Shown in pieces: positions 12,886 to 24,800 of a DNA stretch of 64,000 nt. A program made the position numbers and the translations under genes. Source of the DNA: Phoronis australis (taxonomy: Eukaryota; Animalia; Phoronida); contig NMRA01000026.1 of the NCBI GenBank assembly GCA_002633005.1, forward strand, positions 1,570,710-1,634,709, read 5' to 3'. The notes under the pieces were generated by a model. It was given only the letters and a program-made list of their open reading frames with translations, was not told the origin of the DNA and did no database searches. Within the stretch, counting starts at the first letter, position 1; every line of letters begins with the position of its first letter.

Positions 12886-15800
12886 CTATTTAAAATCAAC
12901 AATATTGGCATTGTCATATGTTGCATTGTGCCACCAATAGTTTAATTTTCAAAGAACGCTGACTTTTTTGAAGCTTATTTAGTTTGGGCATTCACAATGT
13001 TCTGCTGTACAATTAGCAAAACCACTAATGGGTAAACCATAGTGAACAAATGCTTAACACTTGGGCCTAAAACTAGTTTATTGGCTAAAAAGCTAGAAGA
13101 AAATGTTTTTACTGACACCTAACTTGTCTGTCAACTTTGAAACAAGGGCAACATGGAGCGTTGAAATGCACCCACGAATGCATCGCAAACGGTATGTTTC
13201 TAGGGGTGTTTATTTGCATTATAAAAATAGCCACAAGAAGTCGCAAAATACATCAAAACCAACCGGAAACGGGAACATGCCATCGTTTCTTTAATAGAAA
13301 GCTATTTACCAAATTTCACAAGAATCTGTCAAGAACTTCAGAGAAACAAATGAAAACAAGAAAAAATTAAATTCCCAATAGGGGGCACAGCATTCGTCGA
13401 ATCTGTCTGAAAGTCGTTGTCGTCCGTTGTTAACTTCATATAAATACACTTATTAAACTTAATAAAGATCATGCAATGGGTTTAGGAGATACAGCTTTGG
13501 CCACAAAACAAAACTGCCACTAGGAGGCGCCAAAGTAATCAAAGTCATCATCGGCAACCATCCTCTTCACACTGAGTACAATTACGCCAATTTTCAAAAT
13601 CATCCTTTGAATGATTTAGTTGATAGAGGGGCGGACGCCTGAAAAAAACAGACTTGAAAACAGCAAAACTGGTCACTAGGTAGCAAAAAATAGGTTGAAT
13701 CCATTCGAAAACGGGAGGATAGTGTCATATTACCAATACATGCCTATATTAGAAATTTTATGAAAATCAGTTAAGGACATTTGAAGATACAAAGGTAAAC
13801 GTAAAAAAACTAAAATTCCCATTAGGGGGCACAGCTGTTGTCAGATCCGTACGAAAGTCATCGTCTGTTGTCAGCTTTATATAAATACACTAGCTAAATT
13901 TAGTAAAAATCCTACAGAGTTTAGGAGATACAGCCATGGGTGCAAAAAATGCTACTAGTAGTCACCACAGTAGTCGAAATCATCAGCAAATCGTCAGTCT
14001 TCTCTTCAAAGTAACTAAGTACATGCAAGTTTTCACAATCATCCTTAGATAGAGCAATTTTGTTGACAGAGGGGTGGATGCCAAAAACACGCAATGCAGA
14101 CCGTTGAAATGTGCCCACGAATGCTTGCAAATGGTGTGCTTTTAGGGTTATTTATTTGTATCATAAAAATGGCCACTAGATGGCGCAAAAACATACAATC
14201 CATCCCAAAAACAGGAACTTGCCATATTTCATAAACATCTGCCAAGGAACTTCATAGAAATAAAGGAAAACAGAAAATGAAATTGCCACTAAGTGGGCAG
14301 TGTCCGTTGGATCCACCTGAAAGTCGTCGTCGTCTGTTATCTTCATATAAATACACTTACTAATTTAGTAAAGATGCTGCAGTGGGTTTAGGAGATACAA
14401 CTATGGGCGCAAAACAAAACTACCACTAGGAGGCGCAACAAAAGTCAGTCACCGTCATCAAAGGTCGTCTTCACACTGATAACATACATGCCAATTTCCA
14501 AATGATTTGGTTGATACAGGGGTGGACGCCAAAAACAAGATTTGAAAACCACAAAAACGGCCACTAGGTGGCGCAAAATACCTAGGTTCCATCCAAAAAC
14601 AGGAAGACAGCGTCATCACACCAATAGATGCCAAATTTAAAATTCTATGAAAATCTGTTGAGGACCTTTGAAGATACTGAGTTAAACGTAAAAAACAAAA
14701 ATTGCCACTAGCGGACACAGCAGTAGTCAGATCTGTCTGAAAGTCGTCGTCATCCGTAGTCAACATCATATAAATACACTTGCTAAATTAAGTAAAGATC
14801 CTGCGAACAGTTTAGGAGATACAGCCATAGGCGCAATATAAACAAAACTGCCACTAGGAGGTGCCACAGTAGTCGAAATCGTCGGAAAATCATCGTCAAC
14901 TGTCCTCTTTATAGTACGGAACATACATGCCAATTTTCACAATCACCCTTTGAGCGGTTTGGTTGATAGAGGGGTGGACGAAAAAAAAACAGACTCGAAA
15001 ACAATAAAAAAGGCCACTAGGTGACGCAAACTACGTCGAATCCATCCGAAAACGGGAGGATAGCGTCATCTCACTAATAGGTGCCTACATACCAAATTTC
15101 ATGAAAATTTGTTCAGGACTTTTGCCACTAGGGGGCACACTGGTAGTCGGATCCGTCCAAAAATTCGCTCATGCTGTCCCATTCATGAATGGAATACATG
15201 AACTAAATTTCATGAAAGTATGTCAACGGATTTTGAAGAAAGAGCAGCGGACGCCGGAAGGACGCCGCCCGGACGGACGGAGATGACGGCATGTTGCGTC
15301 CACATATAAATATGTGGGCGCATAAAAACAGTAAAAATAGCCACTAGGTGGCGCAAACTACAATGAATCTATCCGAAAATGGGAGGATAGCGTCATATCA
15401 CTAATAGATGTCCATAAGTCAAATTTTATGAAAATCCGTTAGGGACATTTTAAGATACAGAGGAAAACATAAAAAACTAAAATTGCCACTAAGGGGCACA
15501 CCAGTAGTTGGATCCTTCCGAATGTTCGCTTGTGCCATTCCATCCATGAAAGGAACACATGTGCAAAATTTCATGAACGTACGTCAAAGGGTTTTGGAGA
15601 TAGAGCAGCGGATGCCAGACGGCATAATTCGTCCACACACAAATATATGGGAGCATTATAAACAGTATAGATTTTGTGTTCGCAATTATTTGTTTTAAAT
15701 TAGCACAGAAGCAGAAATAGGCTCTCTCCATAAAAAAGGTCAACTAGGCGCAGATTTTCCATGGCCTGTTTTAATACGGCGTTGTTCCATCTTTTAGTTT

Positions 15801-18800
15801 CAGATGTTGTTTCGCCAGCTAACAGCCTCAATATCCGCTGTGCATTGTGCAAAACCAACTTTCCCTAACAATTTGCCGCATTCGGAGTAGGGAAACAACA
15901 AGATTTCATCAAATGCACTAAATGAGCTTTTGACCTCCAGAAATTTACAGGACATCCTTTGCCATACAAACCACGAAACGACCTTTGGTCATCTGTTTGC
16001 ACACCCTGCAGTCGTTCAACTACAAGCCACTCTTTTTATGGTAGGCTCATACTAACAGCTTGCCAAGCCACCTTGGGTGAATTTTAAAGCAGCTGATTAC
16101 ACCCATTTGGTGGATGCTTAGCGGCTATGCTACTCATGAACAAGCAACTGATTTAGAAAAAATTGCCAACTGTCAACTCTTGGGCACACTGACCACTATC
16201 TTTGTTTTGTTCACAAATACATATATGGCAAACATTCTCCAGTAATGGACAGAGAAAATTAATAGGAATAGGTGATATTATCGGCCGTCTCAAATTCAAG
16301 AATTGCAATCAATAACAAACCATTCAACGACATGTTACACTATGAGGAAGCATGAAAACATTGCGTCAGAAGCTACTTTCTACTATTCTAGGAAGTCTAT
16401 TGTCAGACATTGCTCATGTGACACAATGACAAATGCCAAAATCGCTCACGTTCCAATCATCACATTCAAGACATTTTTGGATTCCAGTGTCCTAAATTTT
16501 AGAGAAAGTCCAATCTAGAGAATTTTACAGCAACAATTCTCAGCTGCAGAGGCTCATTTCAAGACCGTATGTCTGGTTCTACAGCATGTAACATCCTTTC
16601 CTTTGACTCTGCTCATGATAATGTTGTGAACGGTGAAGTTAATCGCACAGTAATCTTCCACACAAACAACGTCATGTGAGAACAAGATAAATAAATGACT
16701 GATGGAAAAAAATAAGGTTAAGTCAAATGTGTTCTTGTAACTCAGAATGTGTACACAAGTAAAAATAAATGGTGCAAAGCTTGGAATAACGTACTTCAGC
16801 AAATGTGCACTAGGCCTATTAACCCTCTTGCTGCCAGAGCCCATGGTGACCCACATAACCTCCAGTGCCAGGCATTATAAAGCACCTTCTAGTGGCCATG
16901 TTACAAACTACTAACTTGTGCTTTTAATTAATCATTTTTCAAGTGATGATCATTATTTTTCAAGTTACCATTGATACTGTGAGTAGAGCATAGATTTATC
17001 TTGTTGATTATATTTCAGTTATGTAAAACATATTTGTTTTTTCAGAGTAGGGGCCTTGGAATCAAAAGACACGTGGATAAAAATCTAAACATGCATGTAT
17101 TTTGGTGACAAAAATCAATTTATATGCTTCATTAACTATTTTACAAGATCTTAACTTGTTTTTCTTAAGTTTCAGAAAGTATCTGTGGACCTGGATAAGA
17201 ACTAACAATTTTTTTCTAGGTTTAACACCAATAAACGATATTGATAAAATCAAGGTCTAATTGAAGAAAATCATTGAACTCTGACATACTTTTACATGTT
17301 TATTATTTGAAAAACTGAATCAACAAATTCATTTTATGGAAGTATATACATGTTTACAAAATTAACAAGAAGTTAGCGTGTAAGAATAAACGAGTTATTT
17401 TAATAAAGTAACTGATTTAGACAGAAGTAACAAGTTCAGTCCTTTTTATCGCAGGTGTTCAGTTCAGTCCTTATTATTCAACATTGTTTACAAAATGTAA
17501 CAAACCATTGATCAACAGAAACTTATTTTGTGACATAACTAATANGCACTAAATGAGCTTTTGACCTCCAGAAATTTACAGGACATCCTTTGCCATACAA
17601 ACCACGAAACGACCTTTGGTCACCTGTTTGCACATCCTGCAGTCGTTCAACTACAAGCCACTCTTTTTATGCTAGGCTCATACTAACAGCTTGCCAAGCC
17701 ACCTTGGGTGAATTTTAAAGCAGCTGATTACACCCATTTGGCGGATGCTTAGCGGCTATGCTACTCATGAACAAGCAACTGATTGCCAACTGTCAACTCT
17801 TGGGCACACTGATCACTATCTTTGTTTTGTTCACAAATACATATATGGCAAACATTCTCCAGTAATGGACAGAGAAAATTAATAGGAATAGGTGATATTA
17901 TCGGCCGTCTCAAATTCAAGAATTGCAATCAATAACAAACCATTCAACTACATGTTACACTATGAGGAAGCATGAAAACATTGCGTCAGAAGCTACTTTC
18001 TACTATTCTAGGAAGTCTATTGTCAGACATTGCTCATGTGACACAGTGACAAATGCCAAAATCGCTCACGTTCCAATCATCACATTCAAGACATTTTTGG
18101 ATTCCAGTGTCCTAAATTTTAGAGAAAGTCCCAATCTAGAGAATTTTTACAGCAACAATTCTCAGCTGCAGAGGCTCATTTCAAGACCGCATTCTATCCG
18201 TAGGTCTGGTAACCTCCTTTTCTTTGACTCTGCTCATGATAATGTTGTGAACGGTGAAGTTTATCGCACAGTAATCTTCCACACAAACAACGTCATGTGA
18301 GAACAAGATAAATAAATGACTACTGGAAAAAAATAAGGTTAAGTCAAACGTGTTCTTTTAACTCAGAATGTGTACACAAGTAAAAATAAATGGTGCCAAG
18401 CTTGGAATAACGTACTTTAGCAAATGTGCACTAGGCCTACTAACAATTTTTTTCGCAAAAAAATGCGCCAAATTGTTTTGGACAATATAGAAAAACTAGG
18501 ACAGGATAAGTTGAACATGCAGAAGTCTTACTTTCAAGCAGAGTGTATGCAATCGTTTGTGTTCTTCGTTGGTAGGAGTTAGAGATTGAATGGACGGTGC
18601 ATATTTACAGGAGAAATGGAAGCGGTATGTGTAATTTTTCAATAATGCCGTAAGTTTTGGCAACCTCAGATTTCATTTGGTGATCTGGGATTTTCGCGAA
18701 GTCCCATTTGGCAAATTGGCCTGATTCTAAGCATCGAGCACTGTCAGAGTCGGTTTCTGTCTTATTCAGATGAAATATCTCAATGCACTAGATCCCATTT

Positions 18801-21800
18801 ATATAATTTCTACTTAAACTTTTTAAGCTTAAAGTAAGCCTAAGTGTGCATTCACAAAAATTTTGTTCATATCATAACTTTTAGCCAAATGGACATATTT
18901 TCTTTTCCTCCTAAAGGCAGTCAAGAATGATTAAAAGTAAGATACTGCCGAAGGTTACATATGCCGTTACTAACCGTCCATAGCGCCCTCCTCGATATGA
19001 GCCACCACCACCTCCACTGTATCTCCTAGGAGGGCCCCTTCGACTTCTTGAATCGTTTGATGGCCGAGCATACTTGGCCATCTGTACCCTCAGCTCTCTG
19101 CCCTCCAAAACCTTCCCATCCAAACCTTCAATAGCATCCTCAGCTTCGTCCTTGCTGTAATACCGTACAAATGCAAAACCTACAAAGCAATAATCAAGGC
19201 TGGTGTTAGTATCATTTGACAATAAGTATCAGGTACTCAGTGAGCTGCAATATAAAGTTTGATTTAAACCAACTGATCTCAACTCCTTCTTTACCCAGAT
19301 GAGACGTGATTTTTGAACTTAGAAAACATCGACAGTTTGTTATGGCAACACCCAACTGTCAGGTCTGTCCAAGTCCAGGAATCACACCGAGTTTCACTAA
19401 AGAACAACTTGAAACCAAATTCCCCACAGGAGGTAGTGTAGATCAGAAGTTTGTTTTTTGATGTTCTAAAAATTCCAAGACAGGACTCAATTTGGCGACC
19501 CGAGATTATCTTTGGCGACAGATCTCAAGTCCCACAAAGTCACCACTACGAGTATGAAATTCAGACAATAATTCCCCCGAAATTCGTTTCAAAGTTTGTG
19601 TTGACTTCCAAAGTTTAAATTACTAACAGTTTTCCTAGATTTATTGCTTTTGGTTCACAATTGTTCTGTTTATTTCGTGAAATCAGTGCACTTGCCACCA
19701 CAGCAGTCAGCACACATCAAACGTGCTTAAATTACAACAGGAAGTACACAAACGGAAGTCGGAAGTGTTCGACAAAAATCGGGTACAGAGGGGGAGAAAC
19801 TGAAGAGGTACACCAGATCCCGAATAGTACAATCTTTTCTTTTTATCATCGACTCTTAGCCAGATTCGTCAACCCAAAATTTGGTAATTGTTTACAATAT
19901 GACGACATTGACCTACACACATGACTTTGGTACCATTTGATTTGTCGCAACGTTATTTTTCCAAAAATATATGAATGTATCCCCTACAACGTTTCCCCTG
20001 TATTTTACCGTTGAATTTCAGTTCACACTATTTTCTGGTTGACACCGCCATGTTAGCTCCAACTCAAGATTACAGCGACACCCGCTATCAATGAATGAAA
20101 CAGCATCATCAATTCTGAAACATTATTTGCCCGCACAAGATTCCTGCTTAAGTTTTCCTGACATAATATGGAGCAACAAGTAGCAGCATTACCTTTTGTA
20201 ATTGTGACCATTCGACTGTTTTTCCACGAAATTGTCTTAACTGATACCCTTTTCACCAATTTGGACCTCAAAACCAACCTCCGCTTTTTTCGCGGATTCT
20301 TGCCAACAGCTAGATGCGTATCAGGGTCACCATAGGATCAAATTCGAACACTTGGGAACATTACTCGGGCAGGGGATAGACGGGTCTTGGTCAATTTAAC
20401 CTTATTAGTTCAGATTTTGACTGCCAGGTGGATCCTTCCATTCAACATGGCAGTATTACTACCGCGCATCAGGAAATAGTACGAGAACATACTAAGAAAC
20501 GGGATAGGAAAACTTTTTTTTTTAAAGAAAACGTTGCAAGGATTGGAACGATACCAAAATCATAAGTGTAAGTCAATGTCGTCATATTGTAAACAATTAC
20601 CCAAAATTTGTTTTGGCGACCTCAGCTTTCATTTGGTGACCTGGGATTTTTGCCAAGTCGCCACATGTGTCATGGCCTTAAGCTCAGTGTCGACTGTCGA
20701 GCGCTGCAAGTCCTTTTGTATTGAACTCATACTTTAGCTCAACAGTCCAGTCCCAACCAAAGCACCACATGCGTTGTCAGATTAGTCAACTGACGTGGTA
20801 TTCCAAATCACAAAGACAATAGAGTCAGGAATTTTTTTTATTTTTGGCTTACAGTTACAGTTTACACGAAGGCTTGTCGTTAAAGGAGAATGCCACCCGA
20901 TTTAATTAGTCTTTTTTGCCGTCTTAATCGGTCTATATCCACATCACCTCGCATACGGTCGACCTTACCTTGCCAAGAGGTGTCGCGTAACCTGTGAGGA
21001 AGGTAAGAAACGACGCCAGCGACGTCAGTGGTTCATAAGCAGAGTGAATGCTGCTACGTTGCGGTGCATCGTTCTCGTTTGTCCGAACTAAGCAGCTGCA
21101 AGGAAAGCGGGTATATCGTTTTTTTTTACTTCCTCGAGAGTCCGAAATGCTTAGGAAGTGGCTCATGGTAGTGAAGAATGAAATGTACGCTGTAAATAGA
21201 AAGTATGAGGCCGTCAAACATCTCTGTGTCTGTAGCCTGCAGACGTCGACAGTGCCTGACGAATGCCGGCTTACCAAATAACTCCGCATACGTTCCGTTG
21301 TCTGAGCTTGTTTACGGCGCCTCTCTAGTATTTCTTCATCACTGTATTCCTGTTCGAATTGATAGCCTATAAAACTTAACGATCCACCTACGAAGTCAGG
21401 ACTGATGAGCTCTAGCTCATCCTAAGTCGGGATTGCGAGTTGCCATGTTGGCGTTTATTACTGAGCGTTCTGTTTCAAAATGAGTTATTCTCACCCTAAC
21501 CAATACTTATATAAAACTGAAACAAAGTCTGTCTCATTAGATGCAATTTGTAATGCCTTTGGAGTGTTTGTGAGTGCAAATGATTTGAGAAGCCAGCAAT
21601 GAATAAATCACTGCGTTACAGGCTTTAGGTGCAATAAAACTAATTGACGGGACACCGAGACCGTGTGAGCTCATGCTAATTTAGTGTTTNNNNNNNNNNN
21701 NNNNNNNNNNNNNNNNNNNNNNNNNNNNNNNNNNNNNNNNNNNNNNNNNNNNNNNNNNNNNNNNNNNNNNNNNNNNNNNNNNNNNNNNNNNNNNNNNNNN

Positions 21801-24800
21801 NNNNNNNNNNNNNNNNNNNNNNNNNNNNNNNNNNNNNNNNNNNNNNNNNNNNNNNNNNNNNNNNNNNNNNNNNNNNNNNNNNNNNNNNNNNNNNNNNNNN
21901 NNNNNNNNNNNNNNNNNNNNNNNNNNNNNNNNNNNNNNNNNNNNNNNNNNNNNNNNNNNNNNNNNNNNNNNNNNNNNNNNNNNNNNNNNNNNNNNNNNNN
22001 NNNNNNNNNNNNNNNNNNNNNNNNNNNNNNNNNNNNNNNNNNNNNNNNNNNNNNNNNNNNNNNNNNNNNNNNNNNNNNNNNNNNNNNNNNNNNNNNNNNN
22101 NNNNNNNNNNNNNNNNNNNNNNNNNNNNNNNNNNNNNNNNNNNNNNNNNNNNNNNNNNNNNNNNNNNNNNNNNNNNNNNNNNNNNNNNNNNNNNNNNNNN
22201 NNNNNNNNNNNNNNNNNNNNNNNNNNNNNNNNNNNNNNNNNNNNNNNNNNNNNNNNNNNNNNNNNNNNNNNNNNNNNNNNNNNNNNNNNNNNNNNNNNNN
22301 NNNNNNNNNNNNNNNNNNNNNNNNNNNNNNNNNNNNNNNNNNNNNNNNNNNNNNNNNNNNNNNNNNNNNNNNNNNNNNNNNNNNNNNNNNNNNNNNNNNN
22401 NNNNNNNNNNNNNNNNNNNNNNNNNNNNNNNNNNNNNNNNNNNNNNNNNNNNNNNNNNNNNNNNNNNNNNNNNNNNNNNNNNNNNNNNNNNNNNNNNNNN
22501 NNNNNNNNNCAAACTACCATTTTAGATAGAGTTTTGAACGGGCTTTCAGATGATAATTTCCATTTTGCGCTACGACGTCTACTTTTTGAATTATTCGAGA
22601 TTTTCGGATACCGTTGGTCCTTCGGTCACGTATGCACTCAGCTGGCTGGCTTTCAGTTCACTTTGTTTTGGTTATGTCTGCACAAGTTAACAGAGAGTTT
22701 TGACCCCGACTGACCCAGGTAGCACTGTCGTACTGTAGACTGGAATTCCAGGCGAAATACTATTGTAAACATAACTTTGCTCTGCAGACTGTCACATTTT
22801 GGATAGCGGGAACAAAGCATGGCTCGTCCGTCATGTTGCGCTATCTATTGTTCTTTATTGTAGTTCATTATATGCTCTCTATTTGATTTCTTCGCTAGTC
22901 ACATGAATGTTACCGTGTTATTCATTATTGTCGCCTTGATCGTCATGATTGTCGTCGTCCTCCCCATTGTCGTCTTTCGATTAATTCCGCCAAGTGTCGC
23001 TCCTCCGAGCGCTCTCGTTTTTTATTTTTGGCTTACCGTTACAGTTTACACAAAGGCTTGTCGTTAAAGGAGAATGCCACCCGATTTAATTAGTCTTTTT
23101 TGCCGTCTTAATCGATCTATATCCACATCACCTCGCATACGGTCGACCTTACCTTGCCAAGAGGTGTCGCGTAACCTGTGAGGAAGGTAAGAAACGACGC
23201 CAGCGACGTCAGTGGTTCATAAGCAGAGTGAATGCCGCTACGTTGCGGTGCATCGTTCTCGTTTGTCCGAACTAAGCAGCTGCAAGGAAAGCGGGTATAT
23301 CGTTTTTTTTTTACTTCCTCGAGAGTCCGAAATGCTTAGGAAGTGGCTCATGGTAGTGAAGAATGAAATGTACGCTGTAAATAGAAAGTATGAGTCCGTG
23401 AAACATCTCTGTGTCTGTAGCCTGCAGACGTCGACAGTGCCTGACGAATGCCGGCTTACCAAATAACTCCGCATACGTTCCGTTGTCTGAGCTTGTTCAC
23501 GGCGCCTCTCTAGTATTTCTTCATCACTGTATTCCTGTTCGAATCGATAGCCTGTAAAACTTAACGATCCACCTGCGAAGTCAGGACTGATGAGCTCTAG
23601 CTCATCCTAAGTCGGGATTGCGAGTTGCCATGTTGGCGTTTATTACTGAGCATTCTGTTTCAAAATGAGTTATTCTCACCCTAACTAATACTTATATAAA
23701 ACTGAAACAAAGTCTGTCTCATTAGATGCAATTTGTAATGCCTTTGGAGTGTTTGTGAGTGCAAATGATTTGAGAAGCCAGCAATGAATAAATCACTGCA
23801 TTACAGGCTTTAGATGCAATGAAACTAATTGACGGGAAATCAAGGCCGTGTGAGCTCATGCCAATTTAGTGCTAGCAGAAACTATTGTGAAACAACTTTA
23901 TTTCCATCCCACGACCAGGTGTTAGACGAATCTTTATTTACATTTACAGTACTCAAATAATGATTGTCAATGTACAACTTCTGCCCTGACGGTGCTGTGG
24001 CCAAAGCGGAACCGTGAATTCGCGACCCCCGACGAGTAAGTAGATTTGCAGTTTCGTGGCTAATTCACCAACATAATCACGTGCAGATTACTTTGGCTCA
24101 CTAGTATAGTATTTTCTTGACTGGAAGTTTAGTTTCCTCTGAACTTTGGCTGGTTTATATTTGTGATGTCTGATCAGTTTCCGAGCTATTGGCCAGGATA
24201 ACGAGTCATTCCGGCCGCCCGCCACGGGCCTGATCGGGCTCCGAGCCACTGGCCAGGATAACAAGCATTTTGTGTTTAGAACTAAAAAAATCACAAGTCT
24301 AAACAACACAGATCTAGGTTCTCCTGTCTGTGTCTCACGGAAAATACTTCGAAATTGTCTCCGAACAGACCTCAGACTCCTGCTACGGACCTTATTGGCC
24401 TGCCGACCTTTGTAGGCTACAGTGTGTCTAAATACCAATTAATCCGTAAGAGCGAAATAAAACAACACGTTTTTATAAGAATTCGCCCGGTGGGTTATTG
24501 TTTACAATCCGACTCCATTAATATACAAACTTGATATTACTATTTTCTGAATCCTCTGGTGATTCCAATTCCAAAAATGTATTACTTGTACTGATTGGTC
24601 AATTATTATTCACAATTTCCGAGTTTTTCCAAAGCATTCATTTGCAACGCGGATTTAGTGAGGCAGCCATGTTTAAAAGTGCGACACCTGTCGGCAGGAT
24701 TGATAACTAAAGGTTAACAGCGAGATGTCAAGTGTTTTCGAGGACATTTGTCCGCGAGAACACACACTCTCGTGTTTTTTCTAATGAAGGTTTGAAGAGG

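Noticed and set aside
21398-21430. Hammerhead ribozyme core CTGATGAG (also at 23588, 31167, and CTGAAGA at 52848)
   Set aside because: No stem II closed by GAAA and no stem I/III pairing was found.
21676-22529. 278-281 aa ORFs
   Set aside because: Artefacts of the N gap.
23990-24060. tRNA or tRNA-derived SINE (A-box-like TGGCCAAAGCGG)
   Set aside because: No B box or cloverleaf is visible.
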